From Takakia lepidozioides (lineage: Eukaryota; Plantae; Bryophyta): a DNA stretch of 64,000 nt. Below are positions 38,326 through 49,699 of this stretch, piece after piece. The notes beneath the pieces were generated by a model. That model made no database searches. It was not told where the DNA came from and worked only from the letters and a program-made list of their open reading frames with translations. Where the stretch lies: positions 68,014,001 to 68,078,000 of the forward strand of contig CM060733.1 of assembly GCA_030704615.1 (NCBI GenBank). Reading direction: 5' to 3'. How positions within the stretch are numbered: position 1 is the stretch's first letter; every line of letters begins with the position of its first letter. Position numbers and translations under genes: made by a program.

Positions 38326-41300
38326 TTAATCTTGAAAATCATCGGAATCCTCATCCTGTTCTAGACTGTCCTGCTCCTCCTCCACCCCCTCAGTGCCTCT
38401 CTCATCTCCAGCGGACTGCTCGTTGGCCAGGCTTTCGAAAATCCCATCTTCCCCTTGCGGAACTGTCCATCTCACCTCCGTTGGGTCGTCTTCCTCCCTG
38501 TCTGCGTCGCTCTCATCCGCTGAATCACATATGTACTTTCGTACCCGTCTACCTGTCTGAGCTGCTGCCAACTCTTTCCTTATCCTTCTGTCCTCCCTAG
38601 CCCTCTCCAAAATCTGCTCTACTTTACTGGGATTCTCACTTCTTCTAATCGCTGTATTTGCGAGTTTAGCTGCATAACTAGGAAGGGAGTAGTCCCTCAC
38701 CGGGCTCGTCATGAAGTCGGCCCTCGCAAAGAACGGGACATTCTTCCTGGCAGGAAGTGTAGGCCCTACATGTTTCGACCCGGACCCTGCAATCCTGCAC
38801 ATGACAATCATCAACGAGACTAATGAGAACCACAGTCGGGAAATTCCTTTGACATAAATGACCCAGAAGGCTTTGCAAACTTACAATGTTTGCACTCACT
38901 CGTATTCCGGGTTCTCCTCTGCATCAATGTCCACTGTGTCTTCCTCGGACTCCGACGAATCCGAGGAGACTTCCGCTCTGTCGGGAGCCTTCACATTCCG
39001 TTGCAGCCCCTCCAGATGGGATCCCCACACGGATGAATCCTCCTCGTAGGCAAAGAGGTGCCGGTCGGAAAACCGCCCAGCCCACATTGAGGCACCTGTT
39101 ACAATGCCATCCACACATTACCACATGGCGCTTCAGATGTTGCGAACTACATCCTAACGAGAATTTGCAGAACAGCAGAGATCAAGATTCTGCATACCTG
39201 TCCCACAGATGAGGTCCAGCACTGTGCCCTCCACGTCTGTGCATGTCTCCATAATTGTCTGAATGAAGGCAGGGCTCCGAGTCCGTGAGTACCGCAGGGG
39301 TTCCGTTGAAGTGAGGCTATGAGGGAGAAGTTCCTTGGGAACGTTGTTGAACAGAACGTCGTAATCGAGTGGGTCGCAGTTCGGGTCAACCTTTCCTCCC
39401 TCCTTCCGGAAAGCAAAGGTGGAGTTTTCCTTCACAAAGCAGTATGCATCGAACTGCTTCGTCTGCATACACAGGGGAAAACGATTAGAAACCGAATGCG
39501 GCACCGCATTTGAAAGCACCCAAGCAAATGAATGGACGAGTGCCAGTGTCGTAATCACCTTCTTCCCTTCCGACCGAAGGCCCAGTGTGTTGATGCACGT
39601 CCACTTCTTTTTCAGAATCGGGACGGCGCTCTTGCGGGTCCACTTCGCAATTCCTGTCTGAGTGTTTTTTCCTCTGCTCGCCAGGACAACCACACAGCCT
39701 CTGTCGTCCAACACCATGCGGGCAAGCCCGAATCCTTTCTTCCAAAAGTCCTCCGAGTACCTGTTCCAAGATGGCAAAGCTTGCAGTCCTTCCACAGGCT
39801 CTCCGTCCGGAATATCCAAGATGATCATATCGCAAGACCACTCGGTGGCATTTCCGCCCCTCCTACAATCCTTGTCTGCACACACCCTCTCAAAGAACGA
39901 GACCATATTCTGAAATCCTGGGGTGTCGGAAGGCTCTTCGGCAGTCGCCTTCTTCAGTGCTCTGCCCTTCAGACCCTCCATGGTCTTCATGTATGCCAAC
40001 TTGGCTGCCCGTCCATCCAAAGCCGCCAAGAAACTCTCATTTACACACTGGACTACAGTTTCGGGAGCCACTTTCGGCCTCTTCATTTCCACCGGCTCGA
40101 AAGGGTGCCCCCCTGGGGGGTTGAAGAGTGCCTTCTTTGCCGAGCCAGTTCTCGTGCCTCTCGTGACAACGGTGGGCACAGGGGAGGCAGCCTGCGTTTG
40201 GGGGGGTGGGCTGGTTGCAAAGTCTCCATCGGAGTCCTCTTCCTCACCCTCTTCCTGAACAGGCTGTTTCTGCTTCTTCGTTTTGGCGGGTGTCACAACA
40301 GCTGCTCCTTGCTGGCGAGTCCTCTTCTTCGACCCCTTCTGTTGGGCCTGCACAGCTGCATCCACCGTCTTTTGTGCCATCTCAGCTGCCTTTCTGGATT
40401 CTTCCAGAGCAGCAGATTCCTTTGCCGACTTTGGCCCAGCAGGGACACGTCTTTCCTTTCTCTTCTCTTCTGCCAAGGCGTGCAGATCTTTCTCAGACTC
40501 GTCAACAATACCGCCAGACATGTCCAGGTACCACGGGCATCCAACGAGATGCGCGGGATGCCATTGTTTCTGCATCTCGGGTGTGTAGACACAGCTTGGG
40601 CCCGCCACGGTCCAAGCCATGAAGAACGGGGGCTCTTGAGCCAGGGCCCCTGTCTGAAGGAGCACGTATTTCATATACCTGCAAGGCAGTCAGCATGCGT
40701 GAGCAAAAGTTGAGACCAACCTACTGGCAGAGTGCCACCGAAAACATAAAATGCGAATGCGGTGCCGCATTTCCGAGACAAACCTCGTAACCAGGCTTCG
40801 CATACAAGGGCAGCTGTGCTTCACCTGTAAACAATTCGCATTGCAGCTTTCCCCGCTCCCTCCTGATGTGTAAACTCCACGCTCCTTCTTGCTGTCTGTA
40901 GCTCTCTGGCGAAAAGGTTGTCCTTGTACGCACATCTGAAACGTGTCACGTAGTCTTCCAATGTCTGTGTTCCATCCCATTTGACGTACAAGCCGAACGA
41001 ATTTGTGTGCATTACGACTTGCTCCTTCGCATTCGACATTACCTGCCATTCCCAAATGCATTGTCACGTAGCAGTTCAGGGAATTCATGTCAGAAAAGCA
41101 AATCTGGGGAAGTACCTTGAATTACCTGGAACCACCAAGTCATACGGTTGAGCCACACATCCACTGCAGGGTCGGAAACTTCCAGTGGAAAAGACCACAT
41201 TGTCCTTATGCTCTCGGATGCATTCCAGATCGACAGCCACCGTGTCTGCCATTTCCGATCCAATGTCAGTGGCTGGAAGAGAGTGGCTATTGCTAGGAAG

Positions 41301-43532
41301 GAAATTCAGTGCATTGAAACCTCACCTTCTCTTTCGCCTCCACACATGCCGTTGAGAGGTGATGCAGTTTCTCCAATTGCATGGTCGGCTGCATGGCCCG
41401 AGAATAGTGTTTTGCAATCTCGGGGATGAAGTCCTTTCCAAGTGCCGGATCTGCAATTGCCACCAGCTTCACAAGCTTTGACTTGTATTTGGTTCTGGAC
41501 TTGACACCGGCTTCCTTCAAGTGCTCAGTCAATGACTGCAACGTTTTGACCTGCCCCTCACTTTCCATGAAGAAGCGTTTGGCATGGGCCAAATCCAGCT
41601 TGATGTTTGACTGCCAACAAAAACATGCAGAAGCGTTACATTCGATTCATGTGGAAACATTACTGGAAATTGGGGAAGGATGAGCAGAGGGAAATTGGAG
41701 CACGACTTACTTCGTATATCACCTCCACCATTCCATCCATAGTGAGACGATACCATGTCCGGTCTGTTTTTGCAACGGCTTTCTGAATGAGCTCCGGCTC
41801 CAGCATTTCCGCAAACATCTGCGGATCAGTAAGACCAGTTTTCCTCACCCTGTACAGCATATGTGCCATGTGGGTATGCACGTACGCATTCTCAGTGACC
41901 CTGCAAGGCACACTCTCCAGTTCAGTACACGGAAGCACGGAATCAAACCAGAATGGAAACCGAAATGCGGCACCGCATTTCGAATGTGCTAGGGAGGGTA
42001 TGAGTATCTTACGAGTTGAGGTCCGCCATGGCATTCTTGAGAGGGAGGAGTCTGCCGCCTTCACCTTGAGGATGACACACTCCACCATGTAATGCCAGCC
42101 AATGTGCTTGGCATGGTTCTGCTTGATGTACTCCCACCAGGCGAGAAGTCGGTGATTCCCGTCCCACACAAAGAACATTTTTCCCGACATATGGCCGAAG
42201 TCGGGATCACCCTTCAGCGTCGCCTCGAATTCGTGGTTGCGAGTGTGCCAGTGGGTATCCCACGTTGACAATTCATCGGCAGTGGGTCCACGGGTTTCGC
42301 CGTCCTCATTCTCTATGGAAACGTAAAACGCTGCCGATCCCAGACGGTACCCTTCTCGAAATGCGAACTTGAGCTTATCCACATCTCCGGGAAGGGCCTG
42401 CCTGACGATGGGAAGGGAGACCATGCGACAGAGTGGGATTCGAAGAGTCCGCTGGAATACCCTGCTGCCCAGAACTCTGCCAATGCTACTGTGTGTCTCC
42501 TCCAACATTTTATCCGCTGCACTTTTGAAATCCTCCGGAGACATGTCTGTAGGTGCCGGTAGTGGCTGAGCAGCTGGAGCATCCTCAACTGGAGCTGCAC
42601 TCTGGGGCCTGTGTGCGGGCAATTCTGCCATTGCAGAGGCCTCCTCCGGGCCTGCTAGCTCATCGGTGGTGAGGTCTGCCTGCGAACGTTCAGCGGCAGC
42701 ACCCTCCTCCGGTACCAAATCGAGATCAACGGTCGATCCCATTGCCTTCGCTGCAGCAGAGTCGGCCCCAACATCTGCAGGCGGGAAATCCTCCAGGAAC
42801 TGAGCTTCAGCTCGTGGAAGCGGTTTTGCGGGAGATTGTTCGCCGTCGCCCTGATTGCCTTCTGCTTCCTCATCCTTGCAGGTGAAGGTGTCTGCTGCAA
42901 TAGAATCTGTCTTCTACCCTGCTGCTTCATTCGCGTTGGGGGGGTGAATCGGCCTGAGCCGGTTCAGAAGCCAGTAGAGGGACGGGCTGCTTCTTCTTCG
43001 ACTTTGCTGGAGAAGGGCCCGACCCCTGCTGGCGATTCTCCATGATCGAAGAACGCGAGTCGATCTCTGAGACTTTGAACTTGCCCTTCGAAGACGCGTC
43101 TTTGAATCGCAGAGGGCTAGGCCCGGCAGGATACCCGCGCTCGGGGATCGGGTGGGTGTACGTGCTGCAGCTAGCTCCTCGGACTCTTCCTGCGGCTCTT
43201 CGGATTCCTGCGATCCCTCCAGCACGTCCACCTTTCCTGTTAGGCATGCAAACATGTTCTGCATTCAAGTCTCCTAGCATTCAGTCTAAGAATTACAGAA
43301 GCAAAATGGGGGGTTCGGTGCTCGATCAGCTGCGCGCAGCCCGATCGCATGGAGCTCTCACTGGTGGCTGGGTTGCCTGAGTGGCCTGCTGCTCGGAGAT
43401 GGCAATCTCCTCCTGTAGACGCATCTGCTTCCTCCCCTTCGGCATTGGCCTACGTCCGAAGTATAATTTCCGGAGCTTGCGACGAGGTCTCCTGTCTGGT
43501 GCACGAACTCCCCCCCTCTCAGGTTCGAGCAT
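38326..43532 (-). CDS. Multi-exon ParB-like domain plus beta-class N6-adenine/N4-cytosine DNA methyltransferase-like fusion protein
   Basis: 'FFVWDGNHRLLAWW' (about 42135-42175; ParB/Srx-like DGxHR). MTase motifs appear in beta order: 'CDMIILDIPDG' (about 39803-39834), 'VLDDRGCVVV', 'RSPAFIQTIMETCTDVEGTVLDLICGTG' (about 39197-39285), then after an intron 'ASMWAGRFSDRHLFAYEED'. A final intron 38899-38795 (GA|GTGAGT...GTGCAG|G) joins the last exon 38794-38326 in frame. At least one 1-bp frameshift (about 42040); start codon uncertain. Confidence 0.82.
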
Positions 43533-43879
43533 AAGAAGAACAGAGAGAGGGAAAAGGGGCAAAGAGTGCAGATGGAAAGGGCGCGAGAGGGGTGACTGAG
43601 GAGACACGACAAAAGTAGATGAAACGGCGGTGATGCACCACTTGGGTTCGAAAGGTTGGACGAAAGTGTCTCCTCGTGGAGTTTGCGTCATTACGAAATT
43701 CGAATCGTTGAGGGTACGCCTGCCGTCCGAAAAACAAACATCATTATCCAACGGTCAGGCCGCGCCGCCTCATGCCCCTTCAGTCAGATAGAGTGCCGAC
43801 ATGTGCAGCAATTCCGTTGCTCCACGTGTTCACATTTCAAGGCATTTCCGTCCCAGCGTCTGATGAGTTGGAGCGAGAA

Positions 43880-45690
43880 TGCGAATGCGGCGCCGCATTT
43901 CCGTTAAGTACCATCACGAAGCTACACATCCGTACTTGTTGGAAGAAAATGCGGCACCGCATTTCCGTTCCACCTTCACATACCTTAGTTGTTGAACGGA
44001 AATACGGTGCCGCATTTCCGTCCCACAGCTCCATGTATGAGATTCAGAAGGGAAATGCGGCGCCGCATTTCCGTTCCCACTTCACATACGTTAGTTGATG
44101 AATGGAAATGCCGTGCCACATTTCCGTTCGGGAAAGTATAGAGGTCTCACCTGGACAGAAATGCGGTGTCGCATTTCCGGTCTGGAAAGGTTGAAGGTCT
44201 CACATGGATGGAATGCGGCAACACATTTCCGTAGCACAGCTCCAGGCCGAATATACAAAACGGAAATGCGGCGCCGCATTTCCGTTCGAGAATGTCGGAA
44301 GGTGCGACTCGAACGGAAATGCGGTGCCGCATTTCTGTACCCGTTGCGCACGATTTTCAGTCAGAATGGAAATGCGGTACCGCATTTCCGTTCTGTAGAG
44401 TATTAACGTCTGACGCTGGCGGAAATGCTTTCCCGCATTTTCGTTCCACAGCTCCATGCCTCACATACAAAACGGAAATGCGGTGCCGCATTTCCGTTTT
44501 GGAATGTCGGATGGTGGGACTCCGACGGAAATGCGGTACCGCATTTCAATTCCGATGTTTCAGGATATTTCATCAGAACGGAAATGCGGTGCCGCATTTC
44601 CCTTTTAAATCTAATACATTCCGTTCTGGAATGTTGGGAGGTGCGACTCGGATGGAAATGCGCTGCCGCATTTCAGTTCCGATGGTTCACGATTTTCAGT
44701 CAGAACGGAAATGCGGTACCGCATTTCCGTTCTGGAATGATGGTAGGTGCGACTCGGATGGAAATACGTTGCCGCATTTCAGTTCCGATGGTTCACGATT
44801 TTCAGTCAGAACGGAAATGCGGTGCCGCATTTCCGTTCTGGAATGATGGTAGGTGCGACTCGGATGGAAATACGTTGCCGCATTTCAGTTCCGATGGTTC
44901 ACGATTTTCAGTCAGAACGGAAATGCGGTGCCGCATTTCCGTTCTGGAATGATGGTAGGTGCGACTCGGATGGAAATACGGTGCCGCATTTCAGTTCAGA
45001 TAGTTCACGATTTTCAGTCAGAACGGAAATGCGGTGCCGCATTTCCGTTCTGGATAGTGTGAATGTCTCAACCGGTCGGAATTGCGCTGTATGAAGCTGT
45101 CGGAATCTTACTCGGCTCCAGGCATCAGATACAAAATGGAAATGCGGCGCCGCATTTCCTTTATGGAATGTCGAAAAGTGCGACTCGGACGGAAATGCGG
45201 TGCCGCATTTCTGTTCCCGTTGTTCATAATTCTCAATCAGAACGGAAATGCGGTACCGCATTTCCGTTCCACCTTCACATACCGTGCTTGTTGAATGAAA
45301 ATGCGGTACCGCATTTCCGTTCTCGAGAGTATGAATGTCTTTTAAGGACGGAAATGTGCTGCAGCATTTCTATCCCTCAGCTCCATGCATCAGATACAAA
45401 ATGGAAATGCGGCGCCGCATTTCCGTTCTGGAATGTCGAAAAGTGCGACTCGGACGGAAATGCGGTGCCGCATTTCTGTTCCCGTTGTTCATAAATCTCA
45501 ATCAGAACGGAAATGCGGTACCGCATTTCCGTTCCACCTTCACATACCGTGCTTGCTGGATGGAAATGCGTTACCGCATTTCCGTTCTGGAGAGTATAAA
45601 GGTTTCCCCCGGACGGAAACTCGGTGCCGCATTTCCGTCGCTCTGTGCATGACCAAGATGCAATACGGAAATGCGGCGCCGTATTTCCGT
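43880..45690. repeat. Palindrome array GGAAATGCGG(C/T)(G/A)CCGCATTTCC, 53-bp period, 265-bp (5-mer) and 106-bp (2-mer) higher-order units
   Basis: Palindrome starts at 44262, 44315, 44368, 44421, 44474, 44527, 44580. Equivalent units at 45138 and 45403 are 265 bp apart. Lies between the two divergent genes. Confidence 0.95.
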
Positions 45691-46115
45691 CCACCAGCAA
45701 TCGAAGAATCACTCGGACGGGAAATCTGGAACCTCAATGGGTTGCATTGTTCCGAAACAACACAATTGCGGCCAGTCTTGATGAGCACAACTTGGTTGTC
45801 TGACCGTTTTAACCAGCAGTCCTGGCACTTGTCAGTGCGAACGTTCCTGTCTGCACCGAGAATACTGCTGGATCCACCCTCAGGAGAAACTGTCAGGAGA
45901 TGTTATTTCGTCGCCGAATCGGCCATCATTGTCCTACTCACTGGCTATGGAATCAAACCTCCCACCTTCATGCATGTAGCTTGAAACAATACTTTCCACT
46001 TCAATGTGCGACTTCCAATTGTCGATGGACTCCGCAGATCCACTTAGATGGTGCCTGTGAGCCTTGGTCTGTCGCTATACTGAACCTCGCACTTGCCAAC
46101 TCCGTGCGGTGTTCG

Positions 46116-49100
46116 ATGGCTCCGAATTCCTACGCTATAGTTTGCTGTCCTCCGCAACTTGGGAGAGCCTGGATCCCAAACGAGGGAGGACTTTGCAGAG
46201 TGACTGAAACTTACCTTTGTTCCAAATTCAAGCTCAAACCGGGCACAGTTTATTTGGAAGAAGAAAGGAAGGATGTTCCTGGACAGGTTGACGAGACCAT
46301 TGTCGTGCTAGGTAACGACGGAGGTTGCGGAATCGAATGGCACGTTCCCCCGTCAGACACCATCCTGTACCGAGCTGTGGGAATGCCCATTCCCTTTCCG
46401 AATCAGTCGCTGCCCACACCATCCACAAAGGAGTCCGGAAACCGAGAGGCGGCCACTGCCAACAGAGAGGTATGCAACGATAATCATTCCCGACCTGGAC
46501 CGTCAAGACCCTCCATAGCTTCTCGTGTGGACGTATTCGACATTTCCGACGAGGAAGATGATTGCATTGAGGTACCCATGTCCTCCACACGGTCGTTCAA
46601 ATCCGGCATGGACGTCTCTGTAGGTGCTACGCATGTGCCCTCGAGCATAACTCCAACCCGGTCCATTGTGCAGCTCCTACGACAACATCACCTCGATGGT
46701 TCTCGCTCCGAGCTGGCTGCTCTCGACTATGCCAAATTCCCAGTCAGAAAGGTAACTTTTCTGCCTCCCGAAGTCGATGGCAATGTCATCTTCGAGTTTC
46801 CACCTGTTTCTTCGTCAAAGAAAGCCTCCGGGATGTTAACAGACATGGATCGAAAGCATGACGGACACCCCTGGTGTGTGACGAAGACCAGTAGCACGAA
46901 AATTGCTGATGGTGTTCGTGTACGATATGTCCTCTGTGCGGGGAAGCTGAGGTGCCTCAATCCCACCTGCTTCCACTTTCTCTCCAAAGGAGGGCGGAGA
47001 AACGAGACGGATTGGACTGGCACAACGCATCATCCATTCATTGTCTCCAGCCAAGCTCCTGCGGGTTCTTTCAAGTGTGCACATTGCAAAGAACCACCGA
47101 CGTGCATGTCCATGTGCAGAGCCAAGCAATATTACGTAATCCATTTGCTCCCGGACTTGACTAGAGCTTGCATACACGTTGGGGTCCACTGCCACCCCTT
47201 GGCGAGAGGCAACATGCGTGAGGCTGTGCAGGAAGCACACGACATCATAAAAGAGGAGGTGAAATTGAGCCCCGGAGCCAGACCAAAGCAGATTCAGCTG
47301 AAGGCAGCCCACAAGATTGCTCTTGGCAAAATCATGTCTGAAGATGGTTCCGACCGAGAGCCCTTGACCGAAGACGAGATGCGTGACCTCTTGGAGTCCG
47401 TCTCGCACGTTTGTAGTCCGAATGTGCGGAATCACATCGTATCTTGCAAGCAGGAGTTCGGCAGGGGGTCGGACATGTACTCAATCCTGGAGGTGAAACG
47501 AATGACTGGATATGACTACATCCAAGGTAGCAGGTTTCCAGGGCAAGGCAGCGAATCCGATCGTTGTTACATTTTCAAAATGTCGACGTGTGGGCCTGGG
47601 AGTGGAGTCGACTTGGTCACTCGCATGACAACTGGAAACTTGTCGAATGCTTGGGTGATGTTTGATCACATCAAGCGAATTACAAACCATCAGTGGGTGA
47701 CTATGGGTGCGCATGTTTATGACTATCACTCCAAGAGGCTCATGACGATTGCAATCTGCGAGATGAAAGGGGAGGACACACAGTCCGAGATGCATCTGTG
47801 GGAGGGCATAAACGAGCAGATGGCAAGGGCGGGATTGCCAGAGCCCAATTTCAGGGGATTCATGGCAGACAACGCTCAGGCCAACTGGGCAGCGGTGCGG
47901 CGTGTGTACGGTGAGGACCCCAATGTTCCAATGGAGGGGAAAGAGAGATCCTGTGGATTCCATTGGATGCAGAGTCTATCCCACTACACTACCAAATTTG
48001 TTGCTAGCTCATTCCAGGCTGAACACCGTGTCCTTTGTACGGCGTGGAAGGATGCACCCACATTTGATGACGCGGAGGTTAAGTTTGCTATCATCGAGGC
48101 TTGGTGGAACACGTCAGGTGCAGTGGAGACAACCAATCTGGGAGCATTGCACAGCTGGTTGGGGTGGTGGCATTTTCGGTATCGACAGTTCGGACAGTAC
48201 ATGCGGGAGGTAGGCTGCTGTCAATTTCGTTCATTTGTCTTTCTGTTACGGACATTTCGATTGGTCCCTCACCGTTGTTTGTGTCCTTCTAGGAGCGGTG
48301 CTTGGATTCCGACACGGACATGCCGAACACGAATATGGCAGAATCGGTCCACTCCTCCTGGCGAGCGTCTTCTGCCGCACATCTGGTGGACGTAGTGACG
48401 GCCACAACGGAGGACATCGACAGAGCAATCATGCAGCAAGCCACGTACTACAAGTTCCTGAGCGGCAAACAATGGGGCTTTGGCCCGGACAGGGAGGAAT
48501 TGTTGGTACGAACAGCTTCGAGGTCCAAGAATCCAGTGAAATGGGCGACAGCATTGCGAGAGAAGATCAAAGGGACGCCTCTGCACCGCAGAGGTGAACA
48601 CCTAGAGGGGGACGTCCGGACTCGCCCTGTCAGGCGGAGGATTGAAGAGGAACCCGGGTGCGAAGAGGATTCCTGGAGATCCGACAGGAACATTCGGACA
48701 GCACCTCGAGGTCCCGTCATGTTGCCGCACAATGTGTCTTCCAGCAGTGGAAGCCCAAGAAATTCCAGATCGCCGTCGCCTTCAACCGGGGATTTCGTGC
48801 AACAAATTCCCACCGCTCCCTTGCCCCACATTCCGCCCGCTGTTATGCAGTATGGCCAAGCCATTGTGGAGACGACTGTGTCTGCCTCACAGTGGAGAAT
48901 TGCTCGCACAAAGCCGTCGTTTCGAGGAAGGTGTTCCGCAATTCGTGTGGATACACGGCAACGTTGTTTAGAGATGATAAGGAGGAATCCAGATGGGGCT
49001 GTCCCTGCTCCTACTTTTACAGGAAGATTTGTCCATGCAAAGTTTGCGGAGGCGACAACCACCCAGTTCTGGTTCTGCAGGCACGACATTATGACTTGCG

Positions 49101-49699
49101 TGTATGGAAAGCCCAAGTACGGCATACAAACAATGCCAGAGGCTCCCCCGGTGTGGCCGGTGGAACCAGGCTGCGATCTGAGTCAGGTTGAGGCCGACGC
49201 CCTTACCGCCGCAGGATTTCGGATGGTGCAGCGCACTGACGTCCCCAGACAACCATTTCCGCTTCCACAGCCTCCACCACCGACCCCTGTGAGAGCAAGA
49301 ACAATGGGACACGACAGCTCTAAGCATCCTACACACCGTTGGGGGAAACCGAAGAGGCGGCGACCTCCCTCAAAAGTGAACGAGACAAGGATGGGGAATG
49401 CACTTCGGATGAACTGTACAATCCAGAGCTCGACAGAAGTGCCCCCACCAGGATTCGGGCGTGTGTATCAGATGGCCACGGCGGGCTCAGCTGTTCGCAA
49501 TGAGGTGTACACCATCACCATTTCAGAATTACCCACCTGCAATTGCACCGACTTCCAGATCATGGCGAACAAGGGGGCATCATACTGCCCTTGCAAGCAT
49601 TTGTACTACGTGTACCTAAAGAGACTCCGTTGTAATTCCACAACTCATCACTTCATACATGCACCAGGGTTGAGCCCCAGGAGGTTCACACTCTTCTGA
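46116..49699 (+). CDS. Mutator-like (MULE) DDE transposase with GCM/WRKY-like N-terminal domain and SWIM zinc finger, about 1166 aa, one intron 48210-48292
   Basis: D1 'WVMFDHIK', D2 'FRGFMADNAQAN', CxxH 'RSCGFHWMQS', E 'TNMAESVHSSW', SWIM 'CNCTDF...CPCKH'. A GT-AG intron joins ORFs 45900-48395 and 48302-49699 in frame. The ATG at 46116 matches the Met in the copy 2a homologue. Confidence 0.9.

Noticed and set aside
38896-38898. TGA as the end of the MTase gene, with 38326-38814 as a separate gene
   Set aside because: The TGA lies in a GA|GTGAGT donor conserved in all copies, and splicing joins the next exon in frame. An unspliced isoform is not excluded.
38326-43532. Bacterial or phage contamination as the source of the ParB-MTase
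   Set aside because: Multiple GT-AG introns are conserved between two subfamilies, and the gene lies inside a TSD-bounded element in plant repeats.
43880-45690. CRISPR array (22-bp palindromic repeat plus about 31-bp spacers)
   Set aside because: Spacers recur in 2-mer and 5-mer higher-order units, no cas genes are present, and the context is eukaryotic and intron-containing.
46116-49699. KDZ/Zisupton or Dada assignment (SWIM domain, 6-bp TSD)
   Set aside because: The D..D..CxFH..TNxxES core with C-terminal SWIM fits MULE better, and no small-RNA-gene target was seen. Phylogeny is still needed.
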